From Macrostomum lignano (lineage: Eukaryota), in contig NIVC01002278.1 of the NCBI GenBank assembly GCA_002269645.1, positions 62,001 through 126,000 on the forward strand: 64,000 nucleotides of DNA, in the 5' to 3' direction. Shown here piece by piece: positions 10,935-22,925 of the stretch (position 1 is the first letter of the stretch; every line of letters begins with the position of its first letter). Made by a program: the position numbers and the translations under genes. The notes beneath the pieces are model-generated. The model was not told the origin of the DNA. It was given only the letters and a program-made list of their open reading frames with translations, and searched no databases.

Positions 10935-12977
10935 TGTAGGGCGTAGGCCGTGCGCTGCACTCTCTGCCCCACATTATTATTCATGACTCATTCTCTCGCC
11001 TAAACTTGTTTACCAATTCTCGACCAATCGCGCATCGCTGCACCCCACCCCACAATATTGACTAATAAATATATTGAGTAAACAGAGCCATACAGAGGCC
11101 ACCTTTTCGGCACGCAAACCCAGACTTCACATTGGCATCGCAAGCAGTCAGAATGTCTGTGCCTCTGCAGCTACCCCCGCCTAAGCAGTTTAACGAACAG
11201 GCAGAACAACACAATCTCTCAGCAAAGTGGGAGGAGTGGTCCGGCCGTTTCAAAAGGTTTGTCGCAGCCAGTGGCATCACAAGTGCCGACCAGCAGCGCG
11301 AAATTCTTCTCTACGTAGGCGGCAAGCAGCTGGCGGACACATTCAAAGAGCTGAATAGAACTGGAAAGTCTCTTGACGATCTGATTGAGGCATTCAGGAC
11401 TCACTACAGCGACAGGCACAACCCTGTGTTTGTCAGGTACGAATTCCGGCACTGCACGCAGCAAACTGGCGAGTCACTGGACGCCTGGACACAGCGCCTC
11501 TACGCAGCCGCCGATGGTTGCGAGTTTGGGTCCCAGCGCGACTTGCTCATCCGAGACCAAATAGTGGCCGGCTGCAGATCCGCCCAGCTCCGGCGGACAC
11601 TCCTGCAAACTCGCAACGTCAGCCTCAAGGACGCACTGCAGCAAGCAAGAGCCTTCGAGGCGGCGGAACTTCAGTCAGCAGCCATCGAAGCGCGAAACAA
11701 CGAGACGATAAACTCGATCCATCGAAAACGCCACGGCCAGGAGTCCCGATCGGAAGCCAAATGCATTCGGTGTGGAGAGCTGGGCCACCGCATGTGCGAA
11801 CTGGCAAGAGGGAAAACCTGCCACAAATGCAACAAAATTGGACACCTGGCGAAGGCTTGCTTGTCCAGCCCCGGCGGATTCGATGAGAAAGTGCACGTGG
11901 TATCGGCCCAGGGGCGAGCCGAGCCAGAGGACCTGGAGAGCAGCTGCGAGGTTTTCTGTCTCGAATCCCGAAGGAATCGCCTGCCGCGCGTCAGGGCGAC
12001 CATCAGGAGCCGCAAAGCCGACCTTCTGATCGACAGCGGCGCCGGCTGCAACCTGATGAGCGTGCAGACCTTCTGGTCCATCGGAGGTAGGACAAGGGAC
12101 CTCCAGGGATGCAAGCGTCGAGTACACCCGTTCGGCTCCAGGAAGCCGCTGGTCACGCTCGGGATGGCCAGGCTGCGGACCGCCGTTTACAACATCAGCG
12201 CCAGCATCAACTACATAATCGTGAGGGAAGCGGCAACGACGATCATCGGGAGGGAGACGAGCGAAGAGCTGGGCATCCTGCGCATCGGGCCTCCGTCACG
12301 CAGCACATGCTTCCAGAGACACCACCAGCCAGGCCCCATGAGCCGAACAAGAGACCCATCTGATGGTCGGACGACGCTGCAGCGGGACAGGCAGGACCGG
12401 AGCGGAGCACTGGCGAATCGGACTGGCAACTCTGGCCTCACAGGTGCGCCGTGGAGCAGCGTCAGACTGAGTGGCCAATTCAAATACGAGTAATGCGAAT
12501 AATTTGCACCGGCTATTGATTGTTTTCAATTTTCAAGTTTTCAATACATTCGATTCATTGCTGCAGAACTTAGCAACCTACATGTAGCTCAATGCACCCA
12601 AGCTTCACTGGATTAAACATTGTACTTTCGCCACAATTTTGATAATCTCGACTGTCGACTACTCGCATGCTCGAATTCTAAAATTATTGTTTTTTTCTCC
12701 CTGATTGAATGCTCGCTTGTTTTAATGTAGTGAGATTTGACTTAATTCTGTTTTTATCTCCTGAATTTTTATTCACCTGGGGAAGGATGTAGGGCGTGCG
12801 CTGCACTCTCTGCCCCACATTATTATTCATGACTCATTCTCTCGCCTAAACTTGTTTACCAATTCTCGACCAATCGCGCATCGCTGCACCCCACCCCATA
12901 ATATTGACTAATAAATATATTGAGTAAACAGAGCCATACAGAGGCCACCTTTTCGGCACGCAAACCCAGACTTCACA
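10935..12977 (+). mobile_element. Short non-autonomous Ty3/Gypsy (Mag-like) LTR retrotransposon, 2043 bp
   Basis: 5' LTR 10935-11131 and 3' LTR 12788-12977, both TG..CA, differing by one substitution and a 7-bp indel. 5-bp TSD ATAAG at 10930-10934 and 12978-12982. PBS-like TGGCATCGCAAGCAG after the 5' LTR; PPT ggggaagga before the 3' LTR. Confidence 0.96.
11153..12493 (+). CDS. gag-pro: Gag-protease ORF of the LTR element (446 aa); no RT, RNase H or integrase
   Basis: Capsid-like motifs WEEWSGRF, RYEFRHCTQQTGESLDAW, LIRDQIVAG; two zinc knuckles CIRCGELGHRMC and CHKCNKIGHLAKAC; aspartic protease LLIDSGAGCNLMS ... IIGRETSEELG. The ORF stops about 290 nt before the PPT. Confidence 0.92.
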   Translation: MSVPLQLPPPKQFNEQAEQHNLSAKWEEWSGRFKRFVAASGITSADQQREILLYVGGKQLADTFKELNRTGKSLDDLIEAFRTHYSDRHNPVFVRYEFRHCTQQTGESLDAWTQRLYAAADGCEFGSQRDLLIRDQIVAGCRSAQLRRTLLQTRNVSLKDALQQARAFEAAELQSAAIEARNNETINSIHRKRHGQESRSEAKCIRCGELGHRMCELARGKTCHKCNKIGHLAKACLSSPGGFDEKVHVVSAQGRAEPEDLESSCEVFCLESRRNRLPRVRATIRSRKADLLIDSGAGCNLMSVQTFWSIGGRTRDLQGCKRRVHPFGSRKPLVTLGMARLRTAVYNISASINYIIVREAATTIIGRETSEELGILRIGPPSRSTCFQRHHQPGPMSRTRDPSDGRTTLQRDRQDRSGALANRTGNSGLTGAPWSSVRLSGQFKYE

Positions 12978-13223
12978 ATAAGTTTGTAAGTCTTAAAAGT
13001 GATAGCTCTAAGTTTAGTAACTGCTTGCTTGCGTGAATAGGTATTAACTGTTCCAATTGATTTCTTCGATTTTTCGGCTCTGCAAATACACGGAAGTAAA
13101 CTATATAGTGAACATTTTTTTACTTAGTTGGCCTTCGGCACTTTCCAAGAATCGAGGGTTTTACCCCCCCTAGCTAGAAATATTCACTAGAGGACCTTTG
13201 AGGAGACCAGCCAGTTGGTTGCG

Positions 13224-13356
13224 TCAGACGAACTCCCCAGGATCGTCGTCTACGGAGTTGAGGGGCTGCGTCTGCGGGTGCGCGTTGCCGCTTCCAACGC
13301 CTCCGCCACCGCCGCCAACCCCGGCGCCTTTCCGCTTAGACAGAAGGCCACCGCCG

Positions 13357-13387
<31 letters not shown>

Positions 13388-16149
13388 CTTTTTTCTCAGC
13401 CAACTCAAGGTGCCGCCCAGCCGAGTCGTTGTGCCTGACCGGCCGGCTCTTGAACATCAGCCACAGGGCCTCCGTCACCTCGGAGGCCACCAGTTCGCCC
13501 GCATTCTGCGAGATTAGCCGAATAATGAAGACGCCGTCGGGGCGCAGGTAGTCGTCAACGAATTGAAAGCTGCGCTTCTTGTCACCCGGATCCAAGGCGC
13601 TGCGCAGTTTGAGGAATTTCCTAACAAAGTGCATCCGATTCGAGCGGAATGTGGACTTGTAGATCCAGAAGATGAAGCTGCTGATTGACAGCACGGAGAC
13701 TAGGACCATCCAGAACCACAGGAAGATGTAGATCTTCTCGTTGAACATGTTGATGGGCAGGACGCACTGCACCGTATGCCTGTGCATGTTGGCGCCCATC
13801 TTGCGGATGTGGAAGTCGCACATGGTGATCCTGGGAAAGTTGCCGCTCTCCTCCCATTCGCGTCCCTCCGCCAGATCTCTGAGCAGCTCCAAGCCATAGA
13901 AAGTGTAATTGGTGCCCAGGTATTTGTTCATTAGGAAGAACTGGCCAATCACATTGGTGATGTACAGCACTTTGCAGATGAGGTACAGGCACACTAGGAA
14001 GTTTCCGTAGCGCTTGCCGAACCAGAAGAAGCAGCAGTTGCGGGCGATGCAGTGCTTGCAGTTGGTGAGGCAGCCGGCTCGGTACTCCCGCTGCGCGCCG
14101 AGCGAGTCTTCAATGTGCTTGGCAACGTACCGCACGCTGGTCTGCCGGCTCAGCGGGTCCTTGATCATCTCGACGTCTCCGGCCACCTCCATGATGTTGG
14201 ACAGCTGCGATGGTGGTGACAGTTGGTCATGTGTGATTCGGAAGGCACCCTACTGATATTCGGAAGGCACCCTACTGATTCGGAAGGCACCCTACTGATT
14301 TGGAAGGCCCCCTACTGATTCGGAAGGCATCCTACTGATTTAGAAGGCATCCTACTGATTCGGAAGGCATCCTACTGATTCGGAAGGCATCCTACTGATT
14401 CGGAAGGCATCCTACTGATTCGGAAGGCACCCAACTGATTCGGAAGGCATCCTACTGATTCGGAAGGCACCCTACTGATTCGGAAGGCACCCAACTGATT
14501 CGGAAGGCATCCTACTGATTCGGAAGGCATCCTACTGATTCGGAAGGCACTCTACTGATTCGGAAGGCACCCAACTGATTCGGAAGGCACTCTACTGATT
14601 CGGAAGGCACTCTACTGATTCGGAAGGCACCCAACTGATTCGGAAGGCACTCTACTGATTCGGAAGGCATCCTACTGATTCGGAAGGCACTCTACTGATT
14701 CGGAAGGCATCCTACTGAGATGGCAGGCATTCTACCATTATAATAGATGAAGTATTCCAGCCATACTGTTTTGGAAGAATAGGAAACTCCGTTCTGAGCT
14801 GTTTCTTGACAATCGGCTCTCCTAATCACTGTAAACAATTAGGCAGGTTCCCAAAGACAAAGGTTCCACCAAGAGACACGTGACGTCCAACAATTGGATG
14901 TCGTATTTTTTCAAGAAATCCCTAATGAGATTGATTTGTTTTTATTGCCAGCTTGTTATTGCTCTGGGTGCAAAGTTTTTTATCTAAAAATGTTTAGAAC
15001 TCTTGCTTCGGGGCACTAATAGAGATCTTATAGAGATAGCCAACGGTGAGGTTGACTAAGTGCAAACCTAGCTCTTTGTAAACACTGGCTTGAAAGTGTG
15101 GGTGTACGTCGACTTAAATTCTCTTCGTAAATAACTTTTAATTTAGGACAGCATGTTACTCTATTATATCAATATTTTATATAGCTGTGTAGTCAAAGTT
15201 TCATTTTCATATTGTTTTATTTTTATTTTATAAGCCCAAAATTGTAAATACATGTACTCACAAGTGTCTTAACTTTTTATTTTTTCCTTGTTGCCTGCAA
15301 CTTTGGGGTTATGAAAACTGTTATTCCTATCTCCGCAGTGTACTTTTCCCAGGAAATTGGCCTCCAAAACTTGCACGATCTTTGAGTTGTACTATAATGG
15401 TCCTTGCGATTAATCCCATGGGCTGAGGAAGCATAATTGTACTTCACACTTGTCTTCGATTTGAGTTCTGCCGACTGCTCAGGATAGCTCTGAGGAAAAG
15501 GGCACCAAACTTTGACCATAGACAGGAAATACAGCCAATCCACAGGCTTTGGTTGGTGTAGGTTTTCACTGAGCTAAGTAGCTCATGATTCCTATTAACT
15601 CAAAGTTCAAAGCTCACTACGGCACTCCTGGCTCCGCACCTACATACTCACTTCCCAGACTGATTCTTCCCCTGCAGAAAGCCAATCATCCAAGCTAAAC
15701 ACTCGACAATCTCGGAACCGCCCAGCCCCTCAGCCGCTCACCTGAATGCCGGACTGCCAGTTGAAGAGTCGCCACACCAGCCGGGGCAGATTGAACAGGA
15801 ATGCCTGAATGAGCAGCACCAGGGGAACCCATTGGTAATAGCCGATGCTCTGCCTGTACCGGTCCGCGTTGGACACTGGGAAATTGACGCCTGACGTGTC
15901 CAGGTAATAGGTGCTGGTCACCCAGCAGACGTTCTCAGTGTACTCCTCCTGAGCTCTGGTGAATTCTGTCGGCACCCAACAGGCGATTGGTTTGCCGATG
16001 TACTGCCTGCAGGAGATTACTAGGGAGAAGGCCACGATGATGGCCGTGCTGAACATGTGCGACATCCGGTCGGCGAAATCGTCATCACGCCTGTGCTTGG
16101 CCGGGTCCAGCCGGAACTTGGACAGGCCGGATACGAATGCTGTGTCCAT
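13224..16149 (-). CDS. inx: Innexin, complement(join(13224..14204,15742..16149)), 462 aa
   Basis: DDDFADR, QYIGKPIACWVP, EYTENVCW, the signature YYQWVP, NFPRITMCDF, HTVQCVLPINMFNEKIYIFLWFW, FVDDYLRPDGVFIIRLI. Phase-0 intron CAG|GTGAGC..cgcag|CTG. ATG 16149 (MDTAF) is chosen; an upstream acceptor at 16181 suggests a 5' UTR intron. Confidence 0.95.
14235..14718. repeat. 20-bp minisatellite (gattcggaaggcaccctact), about 24 copies, innexin intron
   Basis: Visible tandem units ending about 30 nt from the acceptor. Confidence 0.95.
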
Positions 16150-16207
16150 GGGCAGGGCTCCGCTCACATGCTCGAAGTTTCTGCGGTTCGTGGGCAAACG
16201 GAGGTTG

Positions 16208-16828
16208 TTTGGAGGTTGATGTCTGAGAGTTGGAAGGTTGACTACTTGATGTCTGACAGTTGGAAGGTTGACTACTTGATGTCTGAGAGTTGGAAAGTTG
16301 ACTACTTGATGTCTGAGAGTTGGAAAGTTGACTACTTGATGTTTGAGAGTTGGAAAGTTGACTACTTGATGTCTGAGAGTTGGAAAGTTGACTACTTGAT
16401 GTCTGAGAGTTGGAAAGTTGACTACTTGATGTCTGAGAGTTGGAAGGTTGACTACTTGATGTCTGAGAGTTGGAAGGTTGACTACTTGATGTCTGAGAGT
16501 TGGAAGGTTGACTACTTGATGTCTGAGAGTTGGAAGGTTGACTACTTGATGTCTGAGAGTTGGAAGGTTGACTACTTGATGTCTGAGAGTTGGAAGGTTG
16601 ACTACTTGATGTCTGAGAGTTGGAAGGTTGACTACTTGATGTCTGAGAGTTGGAAGGTTGACTACTTGATGTCTGAGAGTTGGAAGGTTGACTACTTGAT
16701 GTCTGAGAGTTGGAAAGTTGACTACTTGATGTCTGAGAGTTGGAAAGTTGACTACTTGATGTCTGACAGTTGGAAGGTTGACTACTTGATGTCTGAGAGT
16801 TGGAAGGTTGACTAATTGATGTCTGAGA
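16208..16828. repeat. 30-bp minisatellite (ggttgactacttgatgtctgagagttggaa), about 20 copies, upstream of the innexin ATG
   Basis: Near-identical units; source of the spurious ESWKVDYLMS ORF. Confidence 0.95.
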
Positions 16829-17013
16829 GAGTTGTGATGTTGGACTCGGGACTGTCGGCTGTATCTGCAGGACGTAGGCCTAATATGGCTAATAGCAACA
16901 AGGCTATTTGTAAGACCACAGCTGGATCTTTAAATGCCAAGGTGTAACAGGCAACTCACCATGTACCGCAGCAAGAGATCACTCGGCATTACATTGGTTA
17001 TTCATGTGGATTT

Positions 17014-17016
<3 letters not shown>

Positions 17017-17099
<83 letters not shown>
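17017..17099. repeat. (GA)n microsatellite
   Basis: About 40 perfect GA units. Confidence 0.97.
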
Positions 17100-17101
<2 letters not shown>

Positions 17102-19071
17102 ACTCAAACCAACAAAGCTCTCATACAGACACGGGGGAACTGAATCTACTTACGATAGTAGCCCAGCCCTGTAACGCCCCAGCTCGCCTTAAACTTGGAC
17201 TAAGCACTCCAATTCCCCAGTCTTAACTCGGAATCTATAACGATAAGCAATAAATTTTCCAATGCAATATCAATACACTGGACGGCTAGGAAATGGCAGA
17301 GCTTGGCTTAATTACACAATTAGTCTGGCATCGATGCCTCCGAGGATCGCGGAGAGAAAAGGATGGAGAGGGGATGCTGCGGGGCAGCAGATAACGAATC
17401 AGCCCCTTCCCCCAGCAAATTGAGATTATAAGCTAACCTGAAAATCTTACCTTGAGCGTCGTGACCTCTGCATGACTGCACGGTCATAGCTTCCTTGCCG
17501 AGCTCGGCTTCATGTTTGGGATCAATTCTGATTTGGTCTCCGGCAATATTTTAGGGACAGTTTTGGCGAGAAAACTTGGTTAGCCAGCTATTTGAAGACA
17601 CCAGCTCAGGGGTCGGGAGTCTTTGCTCGTTCGTCCCGCTCTTCCCGACCGACTCCACTCTCTCTTATCACTTTCGCTTTTGCAGCAGCAATTTCATTCG
17701 GCTCCCGGACCCAATCGCCGGTCGGACAGCCAAGTGACGGGGCACCGGGAGGAAGAGGGGAAAAGCTGGGAAACTTCCGCTAAGAAGTTTTGCGTGGCCA
17801 ACTGGACCGGGCAGAAACTCCCTCAGTGGCAGAAGAATGGCATGGCGGGGGACAAATCCTGCACCCGAGAGCCCTCCTCCCTGATTTATTCGAACTAGCA
17901 GGAGTCCTTTGTGAGCGCACAAAAACCTTATTAACCCTGTTCAACCCTGCGTTGGATTCATATTTCTCCCTACTCGAGTCGAATCTCATCAGGTTCTCCC
18001 GTGCGCTCTCCGCTCGTAAATACTGGCAGGATTTCGATCAACTCAAACAACGTGATTGCGTCTTTAATCTATGGCTTTGTTTTTTGCTTTTAGAAGAACA
18101 GGGAAAGGGCCCGGTCAAAGTGGAGCCGCTGTTCCATTAGCTTGATTGCTGTAATAGCCCAGAACTGCGCCAAGTACAGGTGAAAGATGATGAGAAATAA
18201 TTTTCCTTTCTTCTGGATAAATGTACTAGAAGCAGAAAGACTACTCAAGCAGAGGCAAGGAGGTTGAAGGAGGTTCAGATTATACCAACGAATAGGGCGA
18301 GTAGCTGTCAGTGTTAGTTTCTGAGAAGCATTCGACCCGAATGGCCTTTTGACTGCTTTCCCGCATTGACTCTTTTGGTTGAAGGCCAACTGGGGTATGT
18401 GGCGGAGCTGTGAAGGAGGAGCCCCGGGGTAAGCTGGGCAGAAGGGTAAATGTCCCCATTTCCCCTCCTGCCCCTTGGAGTTGAGCCGAGAATAAGGAAG
18501 AGAAGAGAAATCAGTTTGTGGACGGCACTGGTTCTCAGCTCGATAATGACACACCCACACACACACATCCCCCCCCATACACACACATATATATACAAAA
18601 AAGTAGTTGAGGAGGCGCCAACTTTGCCAAATCAATAAGTGCAGACAGGAACCGGTGCCAAGTGGAGAATTTGGCGGAGGGCGGGCAGGAAGGATGGTCG
18701 GTCACTGCAGGAAGTTCGGTGCAAAACACCGCAGCGTCAGTTCGAGGGTGAGGGGGAAGATTCGAGCGTACGGCCCCGGGACATGCAGGACTATCCTCCA
18801 TCCTGACCCCCAGTCCGCGCCTCATCACTCAGCCAGCAGCCAGAAGGGAGGCTTCTTCTCTAGCTGGCCTGCTAGCACAAGTTGGCCGCTGATTGAGAGG
18901 CCCGGAGGGGGCGTTGAGCAGAGATTTTGCAATCAATGAGTGGCCCATGCAGGCCTGCGCGACTTTAAAGCTTTAAATATGCGACCTCGGGGTCTAATAG
19001 AACTAGACTGTAGTTTATTCACGAACTACAATATCGACACATTTTTTGAGACAGCGTGAACTTTCATAATC

Positions 19072-19380
19072 CTTAGCAGGGCCCTGCTTGGACTCAACCG
19101 CAGGGACATCAGGGCGGTGACCAGGGCCTTTCTCGGGTCATGGATGTTTTGCCAGGCATCGTCACCACCAGGGGAAATCCGTAGCGAGGAATGCCCATTC
19201 TGCCTCTCCCAGTGTTGAGAATGCGGAGCACTTCATCTGTGAATGCCCCGCCTGCTCACCTACCTCGGCCCAAACCCGGACCTCTCCGAAGTTTTTAGGC
19301 CTGAGAATTTCTGACAGCTCGTCCGCTACCAAAGGGCTACCGGGCGAGCGATCATAAACCTCCTGGACTCTACAGAGGGG
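19072..19380 (+). pseudogene. Degenerate 3' fragment of a non-LTR retrotransposon ORF2 (I/LOA/R1-like C-terminal zinc knuckle)
   Basis: Across frameshifts it reads LSRALLGLNRRDIRAVTRAF / SGHGCFARHRHHQG / EECPFC..VENAEHFICECPA, i.e. the CX2CX8HX4C motif preceded by the GH motif typical of these clades. Confidence 0.7.
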
Positions 19381-19924
19381 GACAAGTAAGTCAAGAATTT
19401 CTCTAATTAGATTCCGATAATATAGCTCGTAGTCAAAATGATTAAAAAATCGAAAGGCTTCCTTTCGATGCTACTTAAAGTAGGAAATAAAGTGCCTGTG
19501 CAGAGTATTTCATGGTAGTTGGGACCGCAAGCGAGGATAGATATTCTCGCTTCGCTGACTCCCTTGAACTGCATTCGCTTTGGCAGGTAGCAGGGCGACC
19601 CCCACCAATGCAAGCATGAGAAGCGGGGGATTTCGGCATAAAAGTGACGGCTAATCCGCCTGATCGGAGCTGGACGAATGCTATCCTGAGAGATAATACT
19701 AAACCGAGTTTGGATTGGCTTAACGACCGGCCCCGCTCTTCATCCCGCTTAGATATACAGCGGGGCTAAGTATAGAAGCAGCATCTCTGCAGTGTCCGAT
19801 CTTAGTTAGTTTTATTATGAATTTCCTCCTCTAGAAGCAAATTGGCCCTAATCTGTGACCGGTTATTCCGCTTCCTTTGCTCTCTGCCGCTGTTGCTAAA
19901 GCCCCTGAGGGGCGGGGCAACCGA

Positions 19925-19926
<2 letters not shown>

Positions 19927-20009
<83 letters not shown>
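19927..20009. repeat. (GA)n microsatellite
   Basis: Visible, with one interruption. Confidence 0.97.
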
Positions 20010-20010
<1 letters not shown>

Positions 20011-22539
20011 CGGATTGATCGCCCTGATGCCCTCGGGCCAGCCCTGTGGCAAACGTGCATTGATTTCGCAGAGTATAAGTCACTGGTTTGTTGGCACATC
20101 GAAATCAAATCAGAATTGAACACTCTAGTGCAAAACTGACACTGGCCACAATAATAGCAGCTGCGGAGAGGAATAAAGAGATGAGAGAGCTTAGAGAATG
20201 AGAGGTGAGCGCCAGTGAATGTGTAAAGAGTCACTGCGCCCATCGCTAACGGCTTTAGTACTGATCGATGGCCGAACGCTGTTTAGCTATTCACAGCCTC
20301 TGGCACAGGCCGCGCACGCCTCAATGGACTCAACAAGCTACAGCTTCCCCCCAATGCCCCCTATGCGGAGTTTCTGGAGCGAGAGAGGGGCCCCAGAGAA
20401 GAGAGAGGCGCTGCACCCCCGGGCTTGACCGCAGTCCCCAGCTGACTGACGGGCCGAGATTCTCTCTCTATCAACTAAATAAATTTTCTATATTATTAGT
20501 CCTCCTCTAGCGGTCCCTGGCCTGAGACCCTCAGCCTGCTGCTAGAATAATGGATTAGAAAGTCATTATATAAAAACACTTTACCGGGTGGTGCCTGAGT
20601 CCTAATATGATAGAAAGGCTGCGGTCAATCCTACTTGTGTGTGTTTTTCAGCAATAAATTTAGCCAAATTTTCTGTTCCCGCCTTGTTGGCTGACGAGGA
20701 GAACAGCTGATGAGGCTGCTGACTCACTGATGGCGAAGCAGCCGGTCTGTTCGCAGAGCCACTGGCAGATTCTTTGTCGGCGCGGCTTCAGCAACTGCCG
20801 CCGACATCGACATGACGGCTTGAAGCCTCTGCTTCTACCGCCGCACTGCTGCTGATGTTTATGTTGCCGTTGCCCCTGCTGCCGCCTCCTTGATGAGGTT
20901 GATGCATTGTCTTTCCTAGAAACCCAATCTGACTGGCTCGGCCATTCTTACAGCCTTTAAATACGATTTCCTAAGGAGGCTCCGCCAGCTCAGGACAGCC
21001 GATGATGCGATAGATAAAGGAGAATCACCGCCGCCCCCCCCCGAGTGTTTTTCCTGGCGTTACTAATCGACTTGACTGCAGACTAGACGAGATGCGGGGG
21101 AGCACCATGAAGGAGCGAGCATACTGGCCTCCGTGCCTCCGCCATCTTGATTGAACATTTGCGCCCCCCTTACCCCCGTGTGTGTGTCTGTGTGTGTTTG
21201 CGCAGCCCGGGCCAAGCTGGACCCCCTGCTAAGGAAATCTCTCCCTTCTCCCCCCCCCCTCGGCATCAGAGATCCCCGGATAGGATCAAACAGTCTGGCT
21301 ACGGATGAGGAGTAGCCAAAGGGGAAGAGAGGGGTCAAGTCGTTGCCGCCTCGCTTCCCCGATGCCTCGCAATCCCCCCTCCCCGAGTTGATCCATCAAT
21401 CCCGCACCGATGGACTTAACGGTGCGCGGGCCGTGGGGACAGATTTATGTCGTTTTTACTCGCTGCTCTGAGTCCCCCCCCATCTCTGGATTTTCACTTT
21501 CGCAATCTCCAACTAACGGTGCTCACTCTCTGACTCTGTGATGGGGTCAGATTTTCTTGCTAGAATTTCAAATCCTTCTCCTTGAAAGGAAGAGAGTTAT
21601 GAATTGAAGGAAATGAGGCTTGTGCCGAGGCGAACTTGAACTTTTATACTCGTAAATTCTGTATACAAAAATTGTGAGAAATATGAAACTCGGTTTAACA
21701 CTGATGGCAGGGCCTTCACTGAGAGTTAATTAGCGCACCAGTTTCACAGAGAAACCAGAGCTGAAGGTTGCAACAAAAGACTTCAAGTTTTTTCATGCCG
21801 GTGCGGCCTCCAACGTTTTCGGTCATCTCCAAACTATCAGCTCCTACCCGGCAGTGCTGGGGCGCCATCAATCACGCTGGACCGCGTCCGATCCGTCTTG
21901 TCCCGTCGATCAGTTGCTAAGCTGGCGAGTTTTGTTTGCACCCGTCTTCATCCGGCTGCCTCCTACCTGCCAGCTGGGACCGGGGGTTACCTGAAGCTGA
22001 ACACTGGCAGCCATTTTCCCTCGGCAATGAAATTCTCTTTCCTTTCTTCGATGCTTTCTTTGAATTCGAGAGCCCAGAGACCTAATGGGAGCTGATGAAG
22101 CTGTGTTGGGGGGAGATGGCTACGGTACTACAGAAGCTAATTATTTTCGAGCTCCCGGGATGGAATTGCAGGTGGCGCGGCCGGGAGATGAAGCTGGGCG
22201 ACAGGGGGGGGGGGAAGAGGTCGGGGGGAGTCATCCCGCAGCTTCCCAAAGGCTTTTAATTAATCATTTGACGAAATGGTGCTTTGCGATGGGCTTGACG
22301 ACACCATTAAGAGCAGGTGGCAGATGAGCGCTGCCTTTGAGTAGCTAGTGCTGTCGGTGCTGCTGTTGCTGCCGCTGCTGCTGCTGTCAGGAGAACAAAA
22401 TGCATACAAATTGGACTGGACTGGGATCGGTTTAATCCGCAACTCTTTCTGGCTCAGTGGTCTGCGGCTGATGCGTCAAAGGCACTGACTGAAATCCCTG
22501 TTGCGTTGCTCTGTGACTCTGATGCCAGCTGCTGCCTTT

Positions 22540-22925
22540 GATGCTGCAGCTGTGTCTGATGCTGTGTGTGTCTGATGCTGTGTCTGATACTGTGTCTGAT
22601 GCTGTGTCTGATGCTGTGTCTGATGCTGTGTCTGATGCTGCGTCTGATGCTGTGTCTGATGCTGTGTCTGATGCTGTGTCTGATGCTGTGTCTGATGCCG
22701 TGTCTGATGCCGTGTCTGATGCTGTGTCTGATGCTGTGTCTGATGCTGTGTCCGATGCTGTGTCTGATGCTGTGTCTGATGCTGTGTCTGATGCTGTGTC
22801 TGATGCTGTGTCTGATGCTGTGTCCGATGCTGTGTCTGATGATGTGTCTGATGCTGTGTCCGATGCTGTGTCTGATGCTGTGTCTGATGCTCTGTCCGAT
22901 GCTGTCTTATGCTGCAGCTGTGTCT
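22540..22925. repeat. 12-bp minisatellite (tctgatgctgtg), copy 1
   Basis: Visible tandem units. Confidence 0.95.

Noticed and set aside
17170-17316. Possible small solo LTR (TGTAA...TTACA with AATAAA)
   Set aside because: No target-site duplication (agccc versus caatt) and no second copy in the window.
20707-20760. Hammerhead ribozyme core CTGATGA (also at 22092 and 62037)
   Set aside because: No correctly placed GAAA or supporting stems.
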